Of a stretch of DNA of 64,000 nucleotides, positions 1 to 9,845 are shown piece by piece. The notes beneath the pieces were generated by a model. The model did not search any database, was not told where the DNA came from, and was given only the letters and a program-made list of their open reading frames with translations. The stretch spans positions 34,593-98,592 of the forward strand of contig CAYMED010000004.1 of assembly GCA_964389655.1 (NCBI GenBank), given 5' to 3'. The stretch is from an uncultured Candidatus Poseidoniales archaeon. Lineage in GTDB: Archaea; Thermoplasmatota; Poseidoniia; Poseidoniales; CAYMED01. Each line of letters begins with the position of its first letter. Position 1 is the stretch's first letter. A program made the translations under genes and the position numbers.

Positions 1-639
1 GATAACAAGAAAATCAGTGTTCCCCCTACTTTGTTATTCAGTTTAATAGGCGATCATCCAGATGTGAGGCGCGCAGTTTCTTCCGATTTCAAAAACTCTG
101 GCGATGCAATCTATCTTATCGGGGAAACGAAGCAGGAACTCGGTGCTAGTGAACTAGCCTACATGCTTCGAGATGAATCAAGAGGTAGAAGTGGAATTGG
201 GGGATTGGTTCCTTCCATAGAACCAGAACGAAATCTTTTAGCATACAAATCTCTCACCAAGGCGATGCATTTGGGATTGATTGCAAGCGCCCATGATTGT
301 TCAGATGGGGGTTTATCAGTTGCAATTGCCGAGTCATGTTTTGGAATTGATGCAGGTGCTGAAATCGATATTTCCTTGCTTGAAGATCATGGTGGGAATC
401 TCGATTCATGGGGTGCTCTTTTTGGAGAGAGCCTTGGACGTATCTTAGTAAGTGTAGCGCCCGAAAAGATAGAAGAATTTGAGATTGAAATGGAAAATAT
501 AGTTTGTAATTTTATAGGTAAGGTTGGGAATAGTGACCACTTGGTTATAATTGACCATGGAAATACGATTTTGGAAGCATCAATCACCGAATTACGTTTA
601 GCTTGGAAAGGTACATTGGATGGAGGTGCCCCTGAATGA
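1..639 (+). CDS. purL: Phosphoribosylformylglycinamidine synthase subunit PurL, C-terminal part (5'-truncated by window edge)
   Basis: Frame is open from base 1 (DNKKISVPPTLLFS...). Contains PurL C-terminal motifs SAHDCSDGGL and LFGESLGRILV. Stop overlaps the purQ start (ATGA). Confidence 0.93.
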   Translation, partial: DNKKISVPPTLLFSLIGDHPDVRRAVSSDFKNSGDAIYLIGETKQELGASELAYMLRDESRGRSGIGGLVPSIEPERNLLAYKSLTKAMHLGLIASAHDCSDGGLSVAIAESCFGIDAGAEIDISLLEDHGGNLDSWGALFGESLGRILVSVAPEKIEEFEIEMENIVCNFIGKVGNSDHLVIIDHGNTILEASITELRLAWKGTLDGGAPE

Positions 640-1454
640 CTGTGAAGGTGGTTATTCTAACAGGATTTGGAATCAATTGTGATAGAGAAACAGCAGCAGT
701 ATTTGAGATGGCGGGTGCACAATCCGAACGTATTCATGTGAATCGATTTGTGAATGGAGAACGAAATTTATCTGAGTTTCATATCATGGCAATACCCGGT
801 GGTTTTTCTTTCGGTGACCATTTAGGAAGTGGCCGTTTGTTGGGCAATCGTCTCCGTTTTGGGATGCGGGATCAAGTTAGAGATTTCATCAAGAATGATG
901 GTTTAGTGATTGGTATTTGCAATGGTTTTCAGGTTTTAGTCAAGATGGGGCTTTTACCTGGAGACGATGAAATCACTTTAACTCAAACAGCATCATTGAC
1001 GTTGAATGATTCAGGACATTATGAGAATAGATGGGTTACATTAGAATTCGACGCCAAGTCCCCCTGTGTTTGGACAAAAGGCCTTCAAAGAATTAGAGCT
1101 CCAGTTCGCCATGGTGAAGGGAAATTTGTCTCAGTAGACCCCCAACTTCTAGACCATTGGTCCTTTAATGGGCAAGTTGTAGTTAGGTATGTAGATCCAA
1201 AAGACGCATATCCATCATCTTCTAATGATCCTTTAGATTACCCATTGTCTCCGAATGCGAGCATGCGTAATATAGCGGGAGTTTGTGACCCAACAGGCAG
1301 AGTATTCGGGTTGATGCCGCATCCTGAAGCAAATCATTCTACTTGGCTTGGAGCAACATGGACTAGGGAAATAACCCATTCTGAGCATGGCGAAGGCGAA
1401 GGCCTAATCATCTTTAGAAATGCAGTTGAATATGTTGAATCTTCTCTTTCGTAG
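636..1454 (+). CDS. purQ: FGAM synthase glutaminase subunit PurQ
   Basis: GFGINCDRET, PGGFSFGD, nucleophile motif GICNGFQ, HGEG, and GLMPHPE catalytic His-Glu. Confidence 0.96.
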   Translation: MTVKVVILTGFGINCDRETAAVFEMAGAQSERIHVNRFVNGERNLSEFHIMAIPGGFSFGDHLGSGRLLGNRLRFGMRDQVRDFIKNDGLVIGICNGFQVLVKMGLLPGDDEITLTQTASLTLNDSGHYENRWVTLEFDAKSPCVWTKGLQRIRAPVRHGEGKFVSVDPQLLDHWSFNGQVVVRYVDPKDAYPSSSNDPLDYPLSPNASMRNIAGVCDPTGRVFGLMPHPEANHSTWLGATWTREITHSEHGEGEGLIIFRNAVEYVESSLS

Positions 1455-1481
1455 ATACAAGATCCTTCTATTCAAAAAATT

Positions 1482-2153
1482 CTACAATAAATCATCAAAT
1501 AAATCTTCAACAGCAATTTCCGAAGCCAAGCGTTCTAATTCTACTTCCAGTAAATCCTTTCGCTCTTTATCTCCAACTATTCTCTCAATTAAACGTGAAT
1601 CTTCCCCTTTTCTTTGAGTTCGATCACTTTCTTTAATTGGCCGACTTGGTATTGTCCGTCGACCTAGGTGGTTTAGATCAGGCGACGGTAACCATGAACT
1701 AAGACTTTCAATTGTCTCGTGTTGTAAATGAGAGTTAGAACGATTTGCAATTTCAGAAATTGGGGTTGGCTTCTTTCTTTCAGCTGCCAAAGAGAACGCT
1801 TTTTCAACATCTTCAATCGTGTCATTTTTTACATTCTCTAATCCCTTCCGTAGAGAAACATATCCGCTTAAAATATCTCCATGAACTGCATCGTGTTCAA
1901 ACCGTTCTGGGTGTGCTAGATATCGTGTCATTTCTTCTGCCAACACCCTTGCCCTACTCCCTTTTGGCATTTTTTTGATACGCACCCTGATTGATCTGTA
2001 GGAGTCAATACATTTTTTGCATCTGCTAATGCCTGGTTCATCAGGTGCGTCACAGAAGATGCAGATGAGATCAAATCCCATCTCCTTCATCGCCCTTCTA
2101 GGAATTGACATATTATTGCGCGAGACCCTATAATGAATCAAGTCTTTTCTCAA
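1482..2153 (-). CDS. Hypothetical protein with N-terminal Zn-finger (CxxC...CxxC) and acidic C-terminus; start probably nearer 2111
   Basis: CIFC-x9-CKKC; ends EDLFDDLL; fills the gap between purQ and the M50 gene. Confidence 0.7.
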   Translation of the reverse strand: MRKDLIHYRVSRNNMSIPRRAMKEMGFDLICIFCDAPDEPGISRCKKCIDSYRSIRVRIKKMPKGSRARVLAEEMTRYLAHPERFEHDAVHGDILSGYVSLRKGLENVKNDTIEDVEKAFSLAAERKKPTPISEIANRSNSHLQHETIESLSSWLPSPDLNHLGRRTIPSRPIKESDRTQRKGEDSRLIERIVGDKERKDLLEVELERLASEIAVEDLFDDLL

Positions 2154-2171
2154 TTGCTCTTAGTCGGATAG

Positions 2172-3047
2172 TTGAAACATAATTCCCTCAGCAGTAACCA
2201 TATGGCCCCTTCGCGCAGGAATGAGCCAGATCCCCGCGCTCGTTCATTAGAGGTGAACACTCCCTTCAATGATCAAACAACCCATAGACAACAACCACGT
2301 GTCGTTCAAATTCAATTCATGCCCTTCACATCCATGCTTGATGCACTCCCTGCACAAATGCATACTGGATCGATTTGGCATTTTAGTCGCACAGAAATAG
2401 AGCATCTTGCTATGGCAACTTGTGCTTTTACACTAGCACTTGGGTTTATGATGGGAGGTGGAATTGGATCTATCCAGGCATATGGCTTTTCAACTTGGAT
2501 TATGATTGTACTTACAAGCATGCCATTGATGTTAGTAGCAGTTGGACCAGCGTTCTTGCTGCATGAAATGGGACACAAAATTGTAGCAAGATATTATGGG
2601 TGTTGGGCAGAATTCAGAGGCGACCCATCTGGTCTTCGTTTCGGCATACTGATTTCATTATTGCTTGGAATTGTTTTCATGTCTCCCGGTGCAGTTATGG
2701 TTGCTGGATCAATTAACCGCAAACAAAATGGACATATTGCAATTGCAGGACCGGTTGTTAATCTTATTCTGTTATTTATTGGAATTATTGGTGGTGGAAT
2801 TCTACTGGGTATTGTTGGGATGGGTGGAATATTAGAATCAATCATTTACTTTTGGATTATATCAAATTTGATTCTTGGTTTATTCAATATGCTCCCATTC
2901 GGCCCACTAGATGGGGTAAAAGTGAAAGCTTGGTCGGAAGAGATCTACTGGACTTTATTTCTTATTTTTGCAGTGCCCGTAATTTTTCTTTTCCTTGGAT
3001 TTGGTTCCCCATATGATCTTGCTTATTGGATTGCAGTAAGAATATGA
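2172..3047 (+). CDS. Site-2 protease / peptidase M50 family intramembrane zinc metalloprotease (start uncertain)
   Basis: HEMGH (HExxH), IAIAGPVVN and FNMLPFGPLDG motifs; multiple TM segments. Confidence 0.9.
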   Translation: MKHNSLSSNHMAPSRRNEPDPRARSLEVNTPFNDQTTHRQQPRVVQIQFMPFTSMLDALPAQMHTGSIWHFSRTEIEHLAMATCAFTLALGFMMGGGIGSIQAYGFSTWIMIVLTSMPLMLVAVGPAFLLHEMGHKIVARYYGCWAEFRGDPSGLRFGILISLLLGIVFMSPGAVMVAGSINRKQNGHIAIAGPVVNLILLFIGIIGGGILLGIVGMGGILESIIYFWIISNLILGLFNMLPFGPLDGVKVKAWSEEIYWTLFLIFAVPVIFLFLGFGSPYDLAYWIAVRI

Positions 3048-5854
3048 TCTCCTGCTGGACGAATCCCCTGTGCGATTGGTAAATTAACCACTTTTACCAA
3101 TTTTTCAACTTCTTGGCTGAGTATAGTTAAATTATCATTTGATGGAAGTGCGAAGGTATCTGGACCTAAAGGAAGCGCGATTCCAGGGCCTGGGATTCGT
3201 TGAAGTAATGTTCCAAGTCGTTCGCTACGGCGCAATGGATCTCCCCCCGTTGATGTTCCCCTTGCTTCAAGTCTCTTCTTTGTCCAAGCATCGATTTCAG
3301 AAATTGCCTTCGTAAGCGTCAATAGCAGCCCTTCCCGGTCCTCATCATCTTCAGAAGTTGCACTAATTCGCAAAGCAAGCCGAAGAATTCGATCAATTCT
3401 CAAATCTCTATTTTCAGCCCCAATTTTTTTTGCAATTTTTGTGCGAATATGTTCTCCACTTTCGTATTTTATTTCTAATGCAGTAGCAATATGTTGTAAT
3501 CCAAGTCCAATTTCAGATCCAACTTGCTCATTCTTTTTCTCAGTTCGATGAATATCATCTTCAACAGCATCCGTATTTTCTATTTTTGCGATTATATTCC
3601 CTTTTGATTCATGATTTTCTAGTTTTTCAGTGATATGTATCTCTTTTTTATTTTGTTGAAGCATAATAGAATCTGAACTTTCATAACGCCCCCTAGACTG
3701 AATTTCTGATTTTGATATTTTTTTCCGCTTAACTTTCTTTACCTTGCGAACTCGTTTTTCATTTTCAACTGGTGAATTTCGGGCACCTATACTTTCTTCT
3801 AATACCCCCATTTGAGGAACATTTCCACCCATACTTTCTTTGTCATTTACGACTACATTTTCAATTTCATTGGTCATGGGCATCCAAGGATTGAAATCAA
3901 ATAATTCATCATTTTTGTTCACCAAAGCCAGTCTTTTAGCGAGATCAGGTAAGGCAACCTCTAGAGCCTCTAGGCGATTTGGTCTCCGCAAATCAGCCAA
4001 AATTTGTTCTGCAAGTACTGGATCACGAGTCCAAGGAAGCCGCTTTAAACGGTCGACAAGTCCCGCGTGTCTATCCATTGCTCTTCGTATCGATGGTAGC
4101 CTTTTTCCAAAATTGATTGGATCTACTTTGATTCGTTCTTCAATCTCTTTAACATCCCATCCCTCTTCAGAAAAAACTTCTATTTCGATTTTAATTTGTT
4201 CAAGAGCATGTTGAAGAAGTGGGTGTAATTGAACAATTCTTTCCTCTACTTCTTCCTCATTTTTATTCAGTGACCGAATCAGGTGAGTTTTTCCACCTTC
4301 AGCAGCGCGCACAGCATTTCTTAGTTCCTGTAAATTTAAATTATTAATATCAATTAAGTGATCCCATTTTTTCTTATTCTTTAATTCAATAATCGCTTCC
4401 ATAAGCCTACTTCGATGTCTTGAGATACGCGACCTTGCACTTCTCAACCACGCTTCAGCATCCAGCAAGGCAGGTACATCACGATCTTCCAACAACCTTT
4501 TTTTCCAAATGAGAACTTCTTCTTCACCTTGGATCGAAGTATCTATCCGTTCAAGTTCAATTCGTATTGATTTTGCTCTCTCAACTAAATCATTTTCAAT
4601 TCTGAGTCGTGAAATAATATTCCTCGGATTCTTTTTGAATTTTTCATCCCAGTTATTTATCTCCATTTCTTCATTTTTCCATCTTTTAAATATTAACTTT
4701 CCTTCATGTATGATGGCATTTCTTTCCATTTCAACATCTTCAATTCTTTCCATTAGCCATGCCGTTGAGTTTAGATGGGGAAACCTCACTTTCATTTCTT
4801 CCGCTTGTTCTGGCCATTCATCTTCAATAATGCCTATTCTTTCAGCAATATTCATATGAATAATGGTTTTTTTTTCAGCATCAACCAATCTTTCAGACCA
4901 AATATCAATATCTTCTAATGGAATCCGAATAGGTGCCTCAACAATCCACCCATTTGCTCGCAATTTAGTCCATCCTTCTTCTACAGAAACATGCTCTTCA
5001 TGTAGTAAAGATGCGCTTTTTCTTACTCTTCGCAAAAGGTCATCAAGTTTTTTTCTCTCTCCTTTGAATTGCATTTTCTTTCTTTCAAGTTCAAACTCTT
5101 TTGCTAATTTAGGGTCAAGTGGATTTAGGAGTGCATGAATAACATCTCTTGCCTTGAACCAATCATTTTCTAGTTCCCGAAGAGTTTCAATGTGTGCAAT
5201 CCGAACATTCAATTCCCCATTTTCAGCTATTGATGTATCAAAACCCCTTTTCCTAAGTAAATCTAACATTTTGTCAAGGCGTAAGTGGCGTGCAGCTTCG
5301 CGTTCTTCAAGACGCACAATATGATCTTCAATTATCGAGTATTTTTTTGGATCTTCAAGAAGATGTTGCATCCCCCTTCCTTCTTCGACTAAACTTGGAT
5401 CGATTTTATCTAATCTTGATGTTAGTGAATTGATGATTTCCCCCATCCCCCTGTCAATCCACCGCTGCTTATTTTTCCAAGCAACAGTAGCCCAAGGCCT
5501 TCTTTCATTATTTATTTTTTCAATTCTTCCGCTTACACTTTCAACATTCTCAACAGAAATCAAATCAGTAAGCATTTGTTCTTTTTCATGATTAAGTGTA
5601 GTTGGCAATGCCTCAATCTGCTCACGTAATTCTTCTGCTTTGAGAAATCTCTCTTCAACTTGCAAGAGAATTTCAGATGCGACTTCGGGGTCTTCTTGGA
5701 TCCTTTGCCACACCCAATCGATTTTCCATCCTTTGTTGGCCCAAGCATCAAGTCGCTCGGCCCACCAAGGCGATTGAACTTCATCCGTCACTGAGACACC
5801 CACGGGGGGTGGGTACGAAATAACCGCCGGGAGTTCCGCCATGTTAGAAGTCAT
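3023..5854 (-). CDS. Large helical/coiled-coil repeat protein, function unknown
   Basis: 943-aa E/K/R/L-rich ORF with recurring W/F-xx-(E/K/R/N)-G-W/F motifs and a Lys-rich linker. Confidence 0.75.
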   Translation of the reverse strand: MTSNMAELPAVISYPPPVGVSVTDEVQSPWWAERLDAWANKGWKIDWVWQRIQEDPEVASEILLQVEERFLKAEELREQIEALPTTLNHEKEQMLTDLISVENVESVSGRIEKINNERRPWATVAWKNKQRWIDRGMGEIINSLTSRLDKIDPSLVEEGRGMQHLLEDPKKYSIIEDHIVRLEEREAARHLRLDKMLDLLRKRGFDTSIAENGELNVRIAHIETLRELENDWFKARDVIHALLNPLDPKLAKEFELERKKMQFKGERKKLDDLLRRVRKSASLLHEEHVSVEEGWTKLRANGWIVEAPIRIPLEDIDIWSERLVDAEKKTIIHMNIAERIGIIEDEWPEQAEEMKVRFPHLNSTAWLMERIEDVEMERNAIIHEGKLIFKRWKNEEMEINNWDEKFKKNPRNIISRLRIENDLVERAKSIRIELERIDTSIQGEEEVLIWKKRLLEDRDVPALLDAEAWLRSARSRISRHRSRLMEAIIELKNKKKWDHLIDINNLNLQELRNAVRAAEGGKTHLIRSLNKNEEEVEERIVQLHPLLQHALEQIKIEIEVFSEEGWDVKEIEERIKVDPINFGKRLPSIRRAMDRHAGLVDRLKRLPWTRDPVLAEQILADLRRPNRLEALEVALPDLAKRLALVNKNDELFDFNPWMPMTNEIENVVVNDKESMGGNVPQMGVLEESIGARNSPVENEKRVRKVKKVKRKKISKSEIQSRGRYESSDSIMLQQNKKEIHITEKLENHESKGNIIAKIENTDAVEDDIHRTEKKNEQVGSEIGLGLQHIATALEIKYESGEHIRTKIAKKIGAENRDLRIDRILRLALRISATSEDDEDREGLLLTLTKAISEIDAWTKKRLEARGTSTGGDPLRRSERLGTLLQRIPGPGIALPLGPDTFALPSNDNLTILSQEVEKLVKVVNLPIAQGIRPAGDHILTAIQ

Positions 5855-5924
5855 CTGTAATCGCTACTGAATCGATCCTTCCACCCCATATCTTGAAAGT
5901 CGATTGAAAAACGCTCGACACTAG

Positions 5925-8162
5925 ATGATTGAGATCATCGCAATCGGATTGCTCGCTTTTGGGATATCTTTGATCCTTTTATTTCAGATTCAAGCACGTC
6001 GGCAAATGGTTGAATTATTGAATTCCCACCAAATCAGTCAAAGTGCAGCGATTGATGATATTGAAGTCCGGATGACGGATATTTCTCAAACGACTCATGA
6101 TTTAGCCAAAATGGACCCTCACGCGTCAATAATTTTAGCAGCACGCTCTTTACAAAGGGGCGAACTCCCCCCTTCTCGTACACAAGAGACTCTTGCTTCT
6201 TTGTCGATTGACTTTCCATTGCCACCAGATTCATTTTCAGATTCTGAAGTATCTGCGGCAACCCTTTCAATTTCCTCATCATTATTAATGAGCAAAACAA
6301 TCGAGAAAGAATTGTTGAAACTCCCGCCTAAATCTCGCTTGGCATGGGCAAACTTTGCATCCGAAGAGCGCCATCTCGACTTGGCTGGATTTTTAGTAGA
6401 CAGTGTTCTAATTGAAATCCCTGGCGACTTGTCTGCACTTCATTTAACCGCATCACTTGCCGCTTCTGCAGGGGACTTGTATGGTGAAGCAAAAGCCCTT
6501 GACCGCATTTTATCCCAAACACCCGACGATGCCCTTCTCCTTCGCCGACGAGCACGCTTACGAATTGTTGATGAAGATACGGATTCTATTACCGAAGATG
6601 TACGCCTTCGTGCCTTAGGAGCAGATAGTGTAGAAGACCGAATGCTCCTAGCGGAGATCGAACAATTGCGGGGAGAATCCGAATTAGCAGAATCCGATTT
6701 GTTGTTGGCGGCAGAAATTGACCCCGGGCGATGTGATACGTGGATCAATTTAGCCACAATTCATGCTGAAAGAGGGCGGCCAGAAAGTGCACTGGAAGCT
6801 CTTGATCGCGCCTTAGCCTTAGACCGACGTAGTGGTCCTGCTTGGGCACTTCGTGCCCGTATGCTAAAAGAATGCAATATCGATCTTGAATCAGCGATCA
6901 AAGCCTGTGTCCACGCCCAAGCTTTAGGAGAACAGCCAATTTCTATGCTTTTATTGAGATTAGAACTTCTTGATCTTTGTGGGCGAAGTGATGATGCTCA
7001 TGTTTTACTGAGTGAATCAATTATGGAACAACCAAATGAGGGTTCATTACGGGCATCTCTGATTCGTCGGATGCGAATTGCAGGTGATTATTCATCAGCA
7101 TGGAAAGAGATTGAAAACGCACCCCAAACTACACTCTCAACAGTTTCGATGTGCTTAGAAATTGGGCATTTGGCATTAATCGATGCAGATCTCCGAAGAG
7201 ATGGGGGTGGCCGACCCCTTTCATCTGTTCTTTCCTCTGCAAAACAGGCATATGAGGGGGCGATTGAAATCGATCGTGAATGCGCACCCGCTTGGGCTGG
7301 ATTGGCCAGCGTATATCGCCAACAAGGAGAGTTAGAGGCTTCAACAAAAGCATTGGAGCGGGCGCATAGATTAGACACAGAATCCATCACAATTCATACT
7401 GAAGCAATTCTTCAAGCAATTTCAATTTCAGATATGGCAGAGGCCGAAGAATTGTGCGTACGCCTTGAGTCTCTAGAAAAAGAAGATCCTGGAAAACATG
7501 CCTGGCTGAGGGGGATGATTGAAATGAAAAGGGGGCGTTTAGACTTGGCTCGAACGCACTTTAGTAGGACTTTGGCTATTGAACCCGATCATATTCGCTC
7601 GCGCATTAATCGTGCCCGCGCTCATTTTGCTTTAGACGATCTTGATTCTTCTTTAGATGATTATAGGCATCTTCTTGATTTATCAGATGCACTTGTGGTA
7701 TGTCATGTTGGGCTGATCGATGTATTGATGTCTCTTGGGCAATGGGGTGAAGCACTTTCACGAGTAGAGAGTTTAGTTGAGGAAAACCCCCTCGACGGTT
7801 CACTCCTTCGCCGGCGCGGAGAATGCCTTGTTTCCATTGGTAGGCCAGAACAAGCACTTGGTCCCCTTAACGATGCGATTTCGTTAGAGCCAGATGTGGC
7901 AGAACATTGGCATCAACGCGCCCTAATGTATCTTGACTTGGATGAAGCAGATGCAGCCCTTGCAGATTTTGAAACCGCATTAAAAAGCGAACCCCGCCAT
8001 CTAGATGCCCTGATTCATCGTGCAGCTTTGCACCATGATGCCGAGCGTTGGGATGAAGCCAGAGATGGATGGCGAGCAGTTCTGGACGCCGATCCAGACC
8101 ATAGTCCCGCCAGACAGCGCCTTGAAGAAGTTGAAACGACCATTTCCATCATGCGCGATTGA
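5925..8162 (+). CDS. Membrane-anchored TPR-repeat protein
   Basis: N-terminal hydrophobic helix followed by many TPR-consensus repeats, e.g. AWAGLASVYRQQGELEASTKALERAHRLD and HWHQRALMYLDLDEADAALADFETALKSEP. Confidence 0.88.
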   Translation: MIEIIAIGLLAFGISLILLFQIQARRQMVELLNSHQISQSAAIDDIEVRMTDISQTTHDLAKMDPHASIILAARSLQRGELPPSRTQETLASLSIDFPLPPDSFSDSEVSAATLSISSSLLMSKTIEKELLKLPPKSRLAWANFASEERHLDLAGFLVDSVLIEIPGDLSALHLTASLAASAGDLYGEAKALDRILSQTPDDALLLRRRARLRIVDEDTDSITEDVRLRALGADSVEDRMLLAEIEQLRGESELAESDLLLAAEIDPGRCDTWINLATIHAERGRPESALEALDRALALDRRSGPAWALRARMLKECNIDLESAIKACVHAQALGEQPISMLLLRLELLDLCGRSDDAHVLLSESIMEQPNEGSLRASLIRRMRIAGDYSSAWKEIENAPQTTLSTVSMCLEIGHLALIDADLRRDGGGRPLSSVLSSAKQAYEGAIEIDRECAPAWAGLASVYRQQGELEASTKALERAHRLDTESITIHTEAILQAISISDMAEAEELCVRLESLEKEDPGKHAWLRGMIEMKRGRLDLARTHFSRTLAIEPDHIRSRINRARAHFALDDLDSSLDDYRHLLDLSDALVVCHVGLIDVLMSLGQWGEALSRVESLVEENPLDGSLLRRRGECLVSIGRPEQALGPLNDAISLEPDVAEHWHQRALMYLDLDEADAALADFETALKSEPRHLDALIHRAALHHDAERWDEARDGWRAVLDADPDHSPARQRLEEVETTISIMRD

Positions 8163-8200
8163 ACCGAAAATATGACCACGTATCCCCCTTAGCCCCTCCC

Positions 8201-8752
8201 ATGTCGAGTGTGCTAGGTCTTGAGCCGGGTGATTCTGCCATACCATTTGATCTACCAAACGCAAACCCATCGATTGGTGGCACTAATGTCCGGTGGGAAA
8301 ATATAATCACAGATTTAGGGGCTGCTGTCTTATTCACCTGTAACCACTGTCCGTATGTGATAGGGTCTATTTCTAGAATACGTGATCTTTCAGCTAGAAT
8401 GATTACTCTAGGATTTGGTTTCGTATCTATAAATTCTAATGATTCTACTCGATATCCCGAAGATGGCTGGGATCATATGGTGAAAGCATCAGGAGGTATG
8501 GATCATCCCTATCTCCATGACGAAAGTCAGGCAGTTGCTTCTGCGTGGGGGGCAGAGCGAACTCCCGAAATTTACCTCATAGATTGTGACGGGATAATTC
8601 GTTATCGAGGAAGGATTGATGATAGCCCTCAAAACCCCTCCAATATTTCCTCACATGATTTTGATAATGCATTTAGACAATTACTCAACGACGAGACTAT
8701 TGATACTCCAAGAACTGATTCCATTGGGTGCTCAGTGAAATGGAAGGCTTGA
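8201..8752 (+). CDS. Thioredoxin-fold AhpC/TSA (peroxiredoxin-like) family protein
   Basis: FTCNHCPYV, SINSND, YPED, RTPE, YRGRIDD, SIGCSVKW; ATG at 8201 preferred over TTG at 8159. Confidence 0.88.
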   Translation: MSSVLGLEPGDSAIPFDLPNANPSIGGTNVRWENIITDLGAAVLFTCNHCPYVIGSISRIRDLSARMITLGFGFVSINSNDSTRYPEDGWDHMVKASGGMDHPYLHDESQAVASAWGAERTPEIYLIDCDGIIRYRGRIDDSPQNPSNISSHDFDNAFRQLLNDETIDTPRTDSIGCSVKWKA

Positions 8753-9354
8753 TTGTGCATACAGATATTCGGTCTCTTTTTATCACAATACTTGGAAGTG
8801 TTTTTCTTCTCGTATTAGTGATGGGTCTCAAAGGGTATTCTGGCAAAGGTATTGAAGAAGTCCCAATCCCACCCTGTGAAACAACAGGAGGTTCTTTTCC
8901 CTTTCAATCATCTGAGACCACATGTTTAGCGGGCATGTCCAAAGATGCATTTCACCCCCCTTCTTACGGCGCATGGATTTCAATTGAAGTGAATATTGAA
9001 TGGTCTAAATCAGGAGCGTGGGTTGGAATTACAGAAAATATTGAATCAACAAAGTGTGAAGATCGGGGAAAGTATCTTTCATGCGATAAGAATGATCTTT
9101 CTTTTTTAGCTGGAGGCCCAAGTTCAGAGGATTCCTTTGTCTGGCAGCCATCTGAAAGCCCTATTCGATTTGTTTCTGGCGGTCTTGCCTCAGATTCCCT
9201 CCATGTTCATCCAATAACGTATTCTTGGTCGGCCCATCTTTCTCCCCTCCCTTCATTTATACTAGCAGTGATTGGTATTGGGCTAATTGGACTTGCTCAA
9301 AGGCCAAGAACGATTACCCATGATCAATCAAATAATGATGTATTAGGTGATTGA
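8728..9354 (+). CDS. Hypothetical membrane protein (two TM helices flanking a Cys-containing extracellular domain)
   Basis: Hydrophobic segments near both termini; lies in a co-directional gene run. Confidence 0.65.
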   Translation: MLSEMEGLIVHTDIRSLFITILGSVFLLVLVMGLKGYSGKGIEEVPIPPCETTGGSFPFQSSETTCLAGMSKDAFHPPSYGAWISIEVNIEWSKSGAWVGITENIESTKCEDRGKYLSCDKNDLSFLAGGPSSEDSFVWQPSESPIRFVSGGLASDSLHVHPITYSWSAHLSPLPSFILAVIGIGLIGLAQRPRTITHDQSNNDVLGD

Positions 9355-9839
9355 TTTTCCCCCGTGGGTTCAAAGGTAAGCGAGACATGAGCGGTTTTGT
9401 GAGTACAGTCAGCGCGCCCCCTGTAGAACTCCATCTTCGGGATTTTTTAGATAAATTATGTGATCATTCATTCCCGCCCGACGTGCAAAAGTGGTACAAT
9501 GTTGATGTACGATCAATTTTGGGTGATGTGCTGATTGAATCTCACGACGTTGACCCAGATACTGGTTCATCCCTTCTTTTCTGCCCCAAAAGTGCAATCT
9601 ATTGTGATCCCTCAACTACCGTTGTTCATCATTTTCCTCGTCATTTGATTCACTGTTTTGTAGATGATTTGCGCCATTCACCTGATCCATCAGACCCCAA
9701 TTCTATTTTTCGTATTGAAATGTTTTCAGTATCGCCCCGTAATGAGCAATTAAGTTGGCATAGATGTACTGAGCGCGTAGAAGACATCCCCGGCCTTCAG
9801 GCACAAGCATCTCGTTGGCTTGATTGGCTGAATCGTTAA
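9351..9839 (+). CDS. Hypothetical protein (start possibly ATG 9387)
   Basis: 162-aa ORF in an operon-like run; no recognised motif. Confidence 0.6.
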   Translation: MIFPRGFKGKRDMSGFVSTVSAPPVELHLRDFLDKLCDHSFPPDVQKWYNVDVRSILGDVLIESHDVDPDTGSSLLFCPKSAIYCDPSTTVVHHFPRHLIHCFVDDLRHSPDPSDPNSIFRIEMFSVSPRNEQLSWHRCTERVEDIPGLQAQASRWLDWLNR

Positions 9840-9845
9840 TGGAAT

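Noticed and set aside
3023-5854. SMC/Rad50-like ATPase
   Set aside because: Coiled-coil rich, but no Walker A/B or signature motif
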